A stretch of 64,000 nucleotides of DNA, taken from assembly GCA_030390025.1 (NCBI GenBank), contig CM059435.1, positions 89,218,001 to 89,282,000 on the forward strand. The letters are read 5' to 3'. The notes under the pieces are model-generated. The model had not been told where the DNA came from. It saw nothing but the letters and a program-made list of their open reading frames with translations, and did not search any database. This DNA is from Squalus acanthias. Lineage: Eukaryota. Position 1 is the stretch's first letter. Each line of letters opens with the position of its first letter. The translations under genes were made by a program, and so were the position numbers. Shown here piece by piece: positions 23,531 to 35,590 of the stretch.

Positions 23531-26169
23531 CCCTTTAACCCCTTTAGAATTGGGTTACAATTTGACAGACCGGTTGATATAAAACCGACCAAATTGACAC
23601 TGCTTTTACTTATAATTGAAATGAATAAAAACCAGAAATTTTGCAGCAACTTTTGGCAAAATAATAATTTCATGTTGTTGCTAACATGCCAGCTCTCGCG
23701 AATTTATCATGAGACCTGATTTCGAAGTAAAGTTAAGCCTCACTCATGATCTTGAGATAAAACTCTCAAATCTCAGGATTTTTTTCTACTGCCGTGATTT
23801 GCATGAAGCATCCAGCCTCTCTCTGCCACCAGTAATGAACAGGAGTAGGTAACCGGGAGTCTGTCTCCTCACTGCGCCTCTTCACCACCTCCCATCCCGT
23901 CGGGGAATTAAAACAAATAAATAAAATTAAGCCGAGGGAGGGAGGGTGGATGACCGAGCGAAAAGCCGATTACATGCCACAATCAAACATGGTGTCTGTT
24001 TCTCCAACAGCCTCGCTCCCTCACCGGAAGTCAAGCTCGCATGTCACTGACGCCCCGGTACCATAACACCCAACCAATCAGCGATGGCCACCCAAAAGAA
24101 TGCAGGACCAGCTCTGTCAGACTTTATTTTGATTCCTCCCCCACACTTTGCAATTCTTAAAGGGGCAATGCACCACATGTAATGCTCATGATGCAACATG
24201 CATAACTGTAGCTGCAGGTTGCATCAGATCTTTTTGTTGCTTTTTCTAAGCAACCAATAAGGAGACAGTGGGATCTTCTCATCAAACAAAAGTGCCTCCT
24301 TTTTTAGAGGGGCACAACTAATAAAGAACTAAACTATAAAACAAAAGGAAACTTATAAAACCACCGTCATCGTAACCTTAAACTGAGAGGCATAGCAACG
24401 TGGTGATGACAGGTTGGATTTTTTTAAAGTTTTTTGTAAAGCATTTTCAGATGCAGTAATATAATTTTTATAAAGAGCTCTCATCTGTTAGAAATTAAAT
24501 AAGCCACTAATGAGGTTTATAAACTAATTATCAATCTATATTGGATTATGTTTGAAAAATATAGCAACTCACAATTTATATACCAAATCTCTTGATTTTC
24601 AAGAGTTTGTCTCTTGATTTATGAGATGCTGGGGTTAGCATTACTCTGCATGCATATCTGGGATACCTGCTGAGGAATGATGCAGTGCAAGGGTGGTGCA
24701 GTAGTTGAGAATACCATCCTTTCACCTCTGGGACATCAATCCAGTCCCCCTTTGGGCCCTGATTTATTTGTGCAATTCCACTGCACAAAACCTCCCACAG
24801 ATTGGCACTAAATTGGAAATTTGACTTGAAGAGTCTGGGAAATGGAAAGATTCATACTGGTTCACTAGTTGGTACACTGCTACAGTCAGGATTAAAGTAC
24901 ATTGTTAAGGCAGTGTTGAAGGACCTTTACTATACTATACTTATTCTAGGAATGCCTGATGCAGTCACAGAGTACAATAAGTGGGAAAAGTTTCATTCCC
25001 CTGTACTTACATTTCTCATCTTGTTAAGCATACATTTACCATTTAAGACAGAAATGTATGCCACAGTGTTTCAGCAAAATATAATTTTAGCTCTTTATTT
25101 CTTCAGCCTCTACCACTGTCACGCTTGCTTTATTTGCTGTACCTGTAATGATGTAAATCCAACACGACAGTCAGAATTGACCAGAAAATCAATTTCACTT
25201 TATGTTTCATTTATCCACCCCCCACAGCGTAAAATGCAAGGCATGCATGCAGAGTCATGTACAGCATGATTTTAAGCAAACACAATTGCATGCAGGTCAT
25301 ATGGAGGCTAAGGCAGTAGAAAATATGGAACTGCAGGATGCAGAGAATGAGTGAAGATTAATTAACATTGAGGGTAAATTGGACCTTTAAAATTATCATT
25401 GACAATAGGATTAAAAGTTACATATGATTATGACATCAACATAGCCCGCATCATACAAAAAATCACAACAGAAAATTATTTTCAATATTTGCTTTTGTAC
25501 AATGACATTGGTACAGAAATCCAAATGATGGCAAATTCCAAACTGAAAACTGAGTCGAAATTTCATCTAATCACCAAGGCTATGGAAGCTAATTTTGATT
25601 AGGGCTGCAAATTCATCTCAGATATAAATTAGCATATTCTCTATCCTTAATTGTCATTTATAAAAAACGCAGAGTTGAAGAACCTGCAGCTGACAGCTTA
25701 AGCCTTCCGATAGCTGATTGATCAATTCAAATTTCTCCAAATAACACGGTGGGCTTCCTTTTCAGAACAGTTTCTATTAATGTTAAATTTTGATTATCAT
25801 GCTATAATATATATTAGGCAAAGAATTTGCTTTTAAACACAGATTATAGCTTAGAAATTCCAGGAGTCACACTATGTCACTGGGCATGTGGCTTGGTGAG
25901 ACTTCTGTCTGCCTTACTGACCTGCCTCCAACCCTATCCCAAATCAGGGATGGGGTTATTTGTATAAAAGGGGCATGTTCTTGGGCCATTTATAGCACTT
26001 TTAGGGCATGTGTCCTGCAGAGACAATTATATTTCAAAATGGCACATGGCCATTCTGATAGGGACCTGTAGGCCGGTTTAGCCCAAGTCTGGAAACTTAC
26101 AAATTTGCACTTTCAGTTCTCCCCTCACTGATCCACCACTCTCCCAACAGCAATAAATGTCTCCAAGAT

Positions 26170-28420
26170 CTATTGCTGTTGGACCTAGTAATGGGGAATG
26201 AGCCAGAGCAGATAGGAGAAGTAAAAGTAGGGGAACATATAGGCAATAGTGACCATAATATAATACTTTAAGATGATAATAGAGAAGGCCATAAGTATGA
26301 CAAAAACCAGGTTAATAGATTGGAGAAAAGTTAATTTTGAGGGGCTGAGAATAGAACTTGGGAAGGTAAAATGGGCAACAATATTGGCAAACAATGATGT
26401 AGAATGACAATGGGAAACATTTAAAATGGTGTTCAACAGAGTGCAGGAAAAATCTATTCTGCTAAAAGGAAAGAACAAACTAAACACTAATGAGACTCCA
26501 TGGATGAATAAAGACATAAGGGAAAAATTGAGGGTAAGGAAAGAGGCATACATTAAGTACACAGACAACAGAGGAGTGCATGATAAGAGAGAATACAAAG
26601 GGATTAGGAGAGATGTCAAAAAATCAATTAGGAAGGCAAAGAGGAACTATGAAATTAAATTATCAAGGAACATAAAACAAAATAGTAAAATATTTTACAG
26701 GCACATCCATAAAAAAAGGAAGGTTGGGATGGGAATAGGGCCATTAAAGGGAGAGACAGGACAATACCTCAGGTAACGATAGGGAGATGGCAGAAATATT
26801 AAGTCATTATTTCGCTTCGGTATTTACCAGGGAGATAGAACAGGTGGACATGACATTGGATGATGAGATGAGTAATGAGATAAGTGCATTTGAAATAAAA
26901 AAAAGGGGATATATTAAATAAAGTAATCAAACTCAAAGAGGATAAAACCCCTGGTCCGGATGGATTGCATCCACGCATTTTAAAAGAATCTAGGGAAGCG
27001 ATAGCAGAGGCATTACTACACATATTTAATAATTCGTTAGAAAAAGGTGTAGTGTCAGAGGACAGGCAGACAGCTAACGTAATACCTATATTTAAGAAGG
27101 GGGATAGAACATGTCCAGGGAATTATAGACCAGTCAACTTAAACATCGGTGGTAGGAAAAATAATGGAATCCCTACTAAAGGAGAGAATAGAAGAACATC
27201 TAGAAACGAAAAGTATAATAATGAATAGTCAGCATGGATTTCAAAAGGGAAAATCTTGCTTGACCAACCTTATTGGATTGTTTGAAAAGGTAACAGAGAG
27301 AGTAGACAATGGTAATGTAGTAGGTGTAATTTATCTAGATTTTCAAAAGGCCTTCGATAAGGTACCCCATAATAGACTAATGTATAAGGTCAGAGAATGC
27401 GGAGTCAGGGGACAAGTAGCAGACTGGATTGCTAGCTGGCTTCAAGACAGAAAGCAGAGAGTGGGAGTAAAGGGTAGCTATTCACAGTGGCAGAAGGTGG
27501 GTAGTGGTGTTCCACAAGGATCAGTGCTGGGACCACTGTTGTTCACAATTTACATTAACGATTTAGACTTTGGAATCAAAAACACAATTTCTAAATTTGC
27601 GGATGGTACCAAATTGGGGGGGATAGTCAATACTGAGGAGGACTGCAACAAATTACCACTTGGACATTATCACTTGGAGGGTGCGAGTCTAGGTGGGGTA
27701 GAGGAACAATGGGATCTTGGAGTACAAATACACAAATCACTAAAAGTTGTGCCACAGGTTAGCAAGGCCATAAAAAAAGCAAACCAAGCACTCGGGTTTA
27801 TTTCTAGAGGGATAGAATTGAAAAGTAGGGAAGTTATGCTAAACCTGTATCAAACCTTGGTTAGACCACACTTACTGCGTGCAGTTCTGGTCGCCATATT
27901 ATAAAAAGGAAATAGAAGCATGGGAAAGGGTGCAGAGAAGATTTACAAGGATGATACCAGAAATGCGAGGGTATACATATAAGGAAAGGATGAACAGGCT
28001 GGGTCTCTTTTCTCTTGAAAAAAGGCTGAGGGGTGACCTAATAGAGGTCTTTAAAATTACGAAAGGTTTTGATAGAGTGAATAGAGAGAGAATGTTTCCA
28101 CTTGTGGGAAGGAGCATAACTAGAGGCCATCAAAATAAGATAGTCATCAAGAAATCCAATAGGGAATTCAGAAGAAACTTCTTTACCCAGAGAGTGGTGA
28201 GAATGTGGAACTTGCTACCACAGGGAGTGGTTGAAGCGAATAGTATAGATGCATTTAAGGGGAGGCTGGACAAGCATATGTGGGGGAAGGGAATAGAGGG
28301 TTACACTGATAGATTTAGATGAGGAAAGACGGGAGGAGGCTCAAGTGGAGCATAAATGGTGGCACGGACTGGTTGGGCCGAATGGCCTGTTTCTGTGCCG
28401 TATATCCTATGTAATCCTAT
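26170..28420 (+). mobile_element. CR1 LINE, ~2.2 kb, ORF2 RT relic
   Basis: PWMNKDI, PGPDGLHPRILKE, NYRPV, QHGFQKGKSCLTNL, YLDFQKAFDKVPH, SGVPQGSVLGPLLFTIYINDL, KFAD; frameshifted; tail cctatgtaatcctatg. Confidence 0.95.
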
Positions 28421-28759
28421 GTTTGAATACAGCATTGTGGGACCCACTTATGGAGGTTGTACAGCAAGTACGCTTGCTGCATGCTGTTGGCCATATCCTG
28501 GGTGGAATTGCTGGATTTTTAGAGGAGGCTGGCAGCCTGCCAGTCCTACCTCCAAAGATACATCATGATGGAAGGGGGCCAGGTGGAAGAAGCACTGTCC
28601 GAATTTGTCAGTGTGGCCAGGAAGTGAACAGAAACCTGGTGGAAATTGATTCCACCCCAAATCGCTCTCCCTCCACCCAGATAACATTGATTTTGCCCTC
28701 CAAATGGCCACAATTTCTAAGCCTGTTTCTCGATAAGAACAAGGTTCTATTTCTCCTAC

Positions 28760-29330
28760 GTAGCGACCCACGTATCCATGGGGAGTATGCGGTTCACAAG
28801 TGCCCCTAGGATCACGTGGGCTGGTCCAACCAATCAAAGAAGGGAATCCCCATTCATGCTTTAGGCGATTCCGTATGTACGAAAACCTCCAGAAGCATGA
28901 ATGGGGATGACATAAAAAATACATATAACATTAGAAATAATTTTTTTTAATTACATATTTAAAATACAATATAATTAAACATTTAAAACAAAAATTAATT
29001 TTTTGAAAAATAAATTTAAATGTTTTAAATGGGCTCAAAATAACCTTACCTTATTGTATATGTGTTTTAATGTTTAAATGAATGAAATTTTTTTTTAAAA
29101 GTTTTTTAAAACTCTTACGCTGGTAAAAGCAGACCTTAGACCAGGCGTAAGAATTTCATGGGCATTCGCTGGGCAAATAGCCCAACTCTCCGCCTGCGGA
29201 GGCCCTTTTCTCGGGGATGGCTACGATCTGTCAGATCGCAAGTTCCGTGTTTTAGCGCATGCACTTCGTGTGCATAAACCTGGAACTTGCGCGGCCCCTA
29301 CGCACCCGTGGGGGCCGCAAATTACGGCCC
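28760..29330 (-). mobile_element. Harbinger-type MITE family A, inverted and truncated at one end
   Basis: Reverse complement of the 50900-51000 block; TIR caaattacggccc ending at 29330. Confidence 0.8.
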
Positions 29331-30300
29331 ATTGTCAGGTTCCACATGTACGCTGATGACACCCAGCTCCATCTCACCACCGCCTCTCTTGACCCCTCCA
29401 CTATCTCTAAATTGTCAGGCTGCTTGTCCGGCATCCAGTACTGGATGAGCAGAAATTTCTTCCAACTAAATATTATGAAGACAGAAGTCATTGTCTTCAG
29501 TCCCCGCCGCAAACTCCGTTCCCTAGCCTCTGACTCCAGCCCGCTCCCTGGGAACTATCTGAAGCTGAACCGGACTGTTCGCAACCTTGGTGTCATATTT
29601 GACCCCATGCTGAGCTTCCAACCACATATCCGCGCCATCACTAAGACCGCCCACTCCACCTCCGTAACATCGCCCGACTCCGCCCCTGCCTTTGCTCATC
29701 TGCTGCTGAAACCCTCATCCATGCCTTTGTTGCCTCTAGACTTGACTATTCCAACGCACTCCTGGCTGGCCTCCCATCTTCCACCATTCTTAAACTCATC
29801 CAAAACTCTGCTGCCCGTATCCTAACTCGCACTAAGTCCTGTTCACCCATCACCCCTGTGCTCGCCTACCTATATTGGCTGCCGGTTGAGCAATGCCTCT
29901 ATTTTAAAATTCTCATCCTTGTTTTAAAATCTCTCCATGGCCTCGCCCCTCATTTTTTCTGTAACCTCCTCCAGCCCTACAACCCTCTGAGATATCTGCG
30001 CTCCTCCAATTCTGGCCTCTTGCGCATCCCCAATTTTAATCATTCCAGCATTAGTGGTTGTGCCTTTTGCGGCCGAGGCCCTAAGCTCTGAAATTTCCTC
30101 CCTAAACCTCTCTGCCTCTCTTTCCTCCTTTAAGATGCTCCTTAAAATGTACGTCTTTGACCAAGCTTATGGTCATCTGCCCTAACATCTCCTTATGTGG
30201 CTCAGTGTCAGATTTTGTTTGATAACGCTCCTGTGAAGTGCCTTTGGACCTTTTACTATGTTAAGTTGTTATATAAATGCAAGTTGCTGTTGTTGTTGTT
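29331..30300 (+). mobile_element. L2 LINE 3' ~1 kb
   Basis: FHMYADDTQL, WMSRNFFQLN..KTE, VRNLGVIFD, WLPV..FKIL; (GTT)n tail. Confidence 0.93.
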
Positions 30301-30363
30301 GAGGTACCAACATCACAAATTGTCAACGTATTTGTGTGAACATCTTTACTTATTAAAGACTTG

Positions 30364-31067
30364 GGGGGGAAAAAATTTAGCGCCTGGTGAAAAATAGCAC
30401 CGGCAATCGCTAACTTCAGTGTTCGCGCCCCAAGAGGGAGGTGGAACACTAATTCAAGTGCTCCACTTCCTTCTTAGAGCGCTAACCCCGAATATCGGGG
30501 CGGTGCGTTCTGCAGTGCTACACACTGGGCCACGTAGTGCTGCCGCATGGAATGGCTCATCCCCTTATTAAAGGGCAGGGCCTAAGCCCACAACTCTGCG
30601 GGGCCCTACCTGGATCACTGGGGAGCGGAGTGCCGTGCCAGCAGCCCGGCACTCAAGAGGAGTGCCAGGCTGCCAGATCGCGGCACGGACCCAGCGTTCA
30701 AAGACGCAATGGGCCGCGACAAGTAATTCAGCCGATTTTTTTTCCCTTGCCTGCCACCTCCCCTTTAGTTACCGCTCTGCGAGGCTCCTGCGGCTCTGTT
30801 CCCGCCCCCTGAATCGGTCGCAGTCATCGCCCGGCGCAGATTCACGGGGAGCAGGCCAATTTTACAGGCGGGGTGAAAACGTGGCGCTGCGCATAATGAT
30901 GACGTCGTCATCGCCTATGCAGCGGAACGGGGCGCTACCGGTTACCGCCGCTGCTAAGCCCCCACTGAATTTAGCGGGAGTCGTTAGTGGCGCTGCGCCT
31001 GGGCGAAAAGTTGTTTGTGCCTCCGGGGGTGCTAACGAGAGGCGCAAATGCACCGAATTTCTAGCCC
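30364..31067. mobile_element. CpG-rich Harbinger-type MITE, family C
   Basis: TSD TTG/TTG; right TIR ccgaatttctagccc, left degenerate ggggggaaaaaattt; right end resembles the end of element 2563-6618. Confidence 0.75.
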
Positions 31068-31567
31068 TTGGACTGCAATTGTGATCAGTTTAAACAGATA
31101 CTGCCATTGACTCAAAATTGATTAAAAAATCTTCATTTACAGTGAGTGAAGTGCATATATTTAAAAATAGATACCAGGAGAGTTCAAGACCATAATCGAA
31201 TCTTGTGGGCCAGATGATTGTTATAAGCTGCCCTCTTATGACATAATTTGAAAGTCTAGATTACAACGTTATGAGGTATCCATTTTTCCATATACAATTA
31301 AGAGTCAATTTGTTTTGATGACAATTCATTTGTACTTTTTGAAAGCCAGACAGAAGCACTGGCATGGATTTTCCTCGAAATGACCACTTGTTTTGTGGTG
31401 GATTTGGGGCAATAAATGGAGTAAAATGGGTTCACCACAAATTCACCACTAAACGACTGCACCTGAACTTTTGCTGTTAGTTTCACTCAGCTCTGCTCAA
31501 AGTATTGCTTTGCACCGAGGACATGGGTGTCCCATTGGGAATCGCGATTTCTCATGCTATGAAAGGA

Positions 31568-31645
31568 GAAACGTTAGCTCTGTTTCTCTCTCTACAGATG
31601 CTGCCTGACCTGCTGAGTATTTCCAGCATTTTCTGTTTTTATTTC
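31568..31645 (+). mobile_element. Penelope-type pLTR fragment
   Basis: Reverse complement of 16325-16405. Confidence 0.75.
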
Positions 31646-32179
31646 TCATCCCTACATGCTCTTACCCACTTACCAGTGTCTACAGACTAAGATCATCTTA
31701 TTTAGACTTTTCTGACCATCAGTGGCTCAGAAGGCTGTACTTCTCCCAGAGCTAATTGGAGAAATTTATCAAATGCTGTTTGAAAATCTGCAGCTCACTT
31801 CCATTCGGAGAACAGCATTTTCTGTATCAGTCAAGGTCACGACCGCCTTGAATTTCTTTGCATCTAGGCAACATCAGGTGACCTTTGCCACATTAGTCAG
31901 ACAGCTGCTTACCATTGTATCAAGAAGGACACTGATGTTATATTCAGGCGGGCTGGGTAATTCATATCCTTCCCAATGGAAGCAGACAAACGAAGAGAGA
32001 GGACTATCTATTTCTACAAATTGGCACGGTTCCCACTGGTGCAGGGAGCAATTAACACAACACACTTATTTAGAGGGTGAATATTGGAAGGTTATAGGAT
32101 TACTACTAGTTACAGGTAGGATATCTGGGCGTTACAACTATTACTACCAGTTACATATAGACTATCAGTAAGTTATTGT

Positions 32180-32301
32180 ATTACTGTTGGTTATGAGGAG
32201 AATCTGAGTGTTACCATTATTACTATTAGTTAACAATGCAATTACTGTTGGTTATGAGGAGAATCTGAGTGTTACCATTATTACTATTAGTTAACAATGC
32301 A
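32180..32301. repeat. Perfect 61-bp tandem duplication (2 copies)
   Basis: attactgttggttatgaggagaatctgagtgttaccattattactattagttaacaatgca x2. Confidence 0.95.
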
Positions 32302-33767
32302 ATTTCAGTGAGTTATATTAGTTACTGATGGAATCAAAGTTTATCCTTTCTCTGGATTCCCCCCTGCGAATCCTTCCCCACCTTCGGATTCACCTCTTCC
32401 CCGCCTGTGACTTCACTTTTTCACCTCCTCGTGGGTGGCCTCCTGGTTCTCGGAACTTTTCACACAAAAGCTGCTGGCACGAAACCACAAGCAAAGATAC
32501 TCAACTGCAGGGGACTCCACTGTTATAAGGTAAATGCAATAACATTTCCAGATGTCACATGATTAGATATCACATGATCAAACTTCACGTAGTCAGAACA
32601 TCATGTGATTAAACCTCCAGGAATGCCTCCAACACTGTTGGCAACCCTAAACACAATGCAGGACTCAGCATATTTACAACATGTTTGAAATGGAGACAGA
32701 ACTGTACACAATCCAGCACCTTGAATTGATACATGCTTATTTTGGAAATTTGGCCCTGTTCCTCCTAATTCTCTAAATTGATACAGTACAGCAGAAATGC
32801 TAGGTATATTTGAGCTAATAAATTCAGTACAAGGAACCATGATTGATATTAAATTCACTACTATGACTGGTACAAGGATTATCTGTGCTGAGAACACAAT
32901 TTTAAGCAAACAAAGAAGTGCAGTGACAGAAAACAGAATGGTGGCAACTCAAATCAACAGGAATTAAATGACAGGTCTTGAAGAGAAATCACAGCTCAGA
33001 AATCAAGACAGCTCAGGCAGTTAAAAAAATAGGCCAGCTGAAACAGGAAGTAATAAGCTTGATGCAAAAGAGCATAGAAACACATGGACACAAGTGCTGA
33101 GATGGCAGATAATGTATCTGTCAAAATGATTTTAATTTAACTTGCAGCATTACAGCATTCATGCTGCTATACAATTAGAGAAAATTAGTTGACGGGAGGC
33201 ATTAATCAGCACTGACACAATAAAGAGGCACTGCTGGTAATACCTCTGCCTGCTGCTTGTTACGAGCTACAGCTGTCACATCAGACCAGAAGCTGCAGGG
33301 ATAGCACTGACTTAATTGGAATCCTATGATCCTCAGATCAAAATTTATCCATTGCTTAAAAAAATGTGAAATTTGCTGGCTGCGCAAGGTAGTTCTCTAA
33401 ATGATTAGTTATAGTGTGCAACACCCATTCATAAAAAAAAGCAGCTTTCAATTACTGGTTATCAATTAAGAACATAAATTTTAGTAAAGAGCGTAAGAGG
33501 TGATTAGGGCAGAGGCTAGGAACAAATGTTTTGATGTATTTCAATGTAGGTCTCTTAAATTCAGTCTTTTAAAAGAAATGCTGGTATAAGGAAGCCAGCT
33601 CGTCCCTAGAGTGGCAGGGAGCCCAGATGTCTCGATCGAAAGTTTTCAAATTTTTCTGTGTGAAGGACCCTATGCAAATTATTGATACACTCTCAGAAAC
33701 CCCCTCTATTTTCAGAACAGAAAGTGCTTTCATTCCATCAATGTGCAGCTAGTCTCTCTTCTCTCTT

Positions 33768-34258
33768 AGGCAGTCCCTTGGAACTGAAGATGACTTGCTT
33801 CCACATTAAAAATGAGTTCTCAGGTGACTGATGAGTCTGATGCGGGACCTACAGTCTCTGTCACAGGTGGGGCAGATGGTGGTTGAAGGGGCAGGTGGGT
33901 GGGGTGCTTGGGTTGACGTGCGCTCCTTCCGCTGTTTGCGCTTGGCTTCCGCTTGCTCCCGGCGAAGAGGCTCGAGGTATTCGGCGCCTTCCTGGATGCT
34001 TCTCCTCCACTTTGTGCGGTCTTGGGCCAGGGATTCCCAGGTGTCGGTGGGGATGTTGCACCTTTTCAAGGAGACTTTGAGGGTGTCCTTGAAGCGTTTC
34101 CTCTGCCCACCTGGGGCTCTCTTGCCGTGTCGGAGCTCCGAGTAGAGCGCTTGTTTTGGGAGTCTCGTATCGGACATGCGGACGATGTGACCCGTCCATC
34201 GGAGCTGATCGAGCGTGGTCAAAGCTTCGATGCTGGGAATGTTGGCCTGAGCAAGAAC
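33768..34258 (-). mobile_element. RTE-clade LINE 3' end (open ORF C-terminus 33806-34222)
   Basis: QLRWTGHIVRMSDTRLPKQALYSEL..GGQRKRFKDTLK..DRTKWR..CPTCDRDCRSRIRLISHLRTH, typical RTE C-terminus with C2H2 motif. Confidence 0.92.
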
Positions 34259-35324
34259 ACTGTGACGTTAATCACCCGAACCTACATGTCACTGCTAGAT
34301 ACCCGGGTAGCTGCCATGACTCTTTCACTATGCGACACTCCACCATTCTAGTCCTCATGACATGTATCAAAGTGGTCAACTGTGAGCAGGGCTATCACCT
34401 CCACTCATAGCTAGAGAATTTGGAGATCGTCCACTCTCAGCAGACTTAAGGTCTTCCATTGTGGTGGTCATACCCCAGTGGTATTTCTTGGTGGCTTGTT
34501 GTAGGCCAATTTTTTTTGCTTTGAAGGGAGAGAAGACAATGTTACAGGTCTGTGAGCGGTGTGGACACTTTCCCCCATATGAGCGCACGCATCCCATGTT
34601 GATCAGAATTAGAGGTGTGTTGTCCCTTTAAATGAAGTGTCCTTGAAGACTAGCAGTAGTCATTGTGGCAGGAAAATGAGTTGAGACAATGGCAGATAAA
34701 TGTAAAGGGAGATTTGTGTTTGGAGAGGTTGTCCTTTGCAGTAATGAGTTTCCATGACACACAGGTACTGAGAGGAAAAAGAATGATAGGTCAGGCGGTG
34801 AGTGAAGGCTCTATTAGTGGTAGAGGATGTGTGTTGGCATGGTTGCCTTGTTTTCCTTCGCCATCCTTGTGAGGTCACTGAACTTCTCTGCACCATGTAG
34901 CAGTTCTTGGGTGGTGAGGCTGCACATTCTGCCTCTGCCACTTCCCTGCAGACAACTTGTACTACACTCTTTTGGGGCTTCATGGGACAGTCCCTCCTTG
35001 TCCTCACTTCTGCCAGCAGCACCTCCATAAATTCATCTGAAAACCTTGATACTCATGTTGTTGCTGCGATGCCCAAGATTGCTGCCTCCTCAGTCACCTT
35101 TCAGTGCCTGGAGCTGCAAATTCAAGTTTCCCCTTTAACTGGCTGCTGTTTTTTCAGTCGACATCAGAATTGTGCTTCTCTCTCTCCCAGAGGCAGTCTT
35201 TTGGCCTCCAAAACATCCTGCATGGTTAATAAGGGTTCTGGGAGAAAATAGTTGTGGTTTCACATTGGTGGGTGTTGGGACCAACCTGCCGCATACCCAC
35301 TAACGGGAGGAGAATCCCAGCCTG

Positions 35325-35590
35325 TGTGTAAACAGGCTATTTGACTGTAGGGGACATCATAGTTGAAACCAATTTTGACTTCATCTGATCTCCACACAGG
35401 CAGTTTCAGCAAGGTAGTGATTAGGAGTGGGACCCTTGGTCAATTTTACCCCTAACAGAGGGACACTGAGGCCAATTATACTGCCTCTATCATTGTCCTG
35501 CATGAAATCAGCTAACTCAGTACAGACTAGAGCTTGAAGCCGTGATTTCCCTGGTCTGCCTGGCTCAGCTCTTCACTGAGCCACTGAGCA
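35325..35590 (-). mobile_element. Old tRNA-type SINE, UCON3-like
   Basis: Minus strand tggctcagtg A-box..ctgagcca..cagaccagg..ctgagttagctgat..aattggcctcagtgtccc..gtcaaatagcctg. Confidence 0.55.

Larger units (their letters stand above)
31361..35322. mobile_element. Old Harbinger element fragmented by insertions (transposase + at ~31700-32060 and 34260-34410; Myb - at ~34850-35090)
   Basis: SVSVKVTTALNFFAS; HVTARYPGSCHDSF; MEVLLAEVRTRR..REVAE; candidate TIRs ggcatggattttc / gagaatcccagcc, no matching TSD. Confidence 0.6.

Noticed and set aside
24802-25269. 155-aa ORF
   Set aside because: Non-ATG start, no motif, composition consistent with a chance ORF in AT-rich DNA.
32180-32301. CRISPR-like array
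   Set aside because: Two contiguous identical units, no spacers, eukaryotic context.
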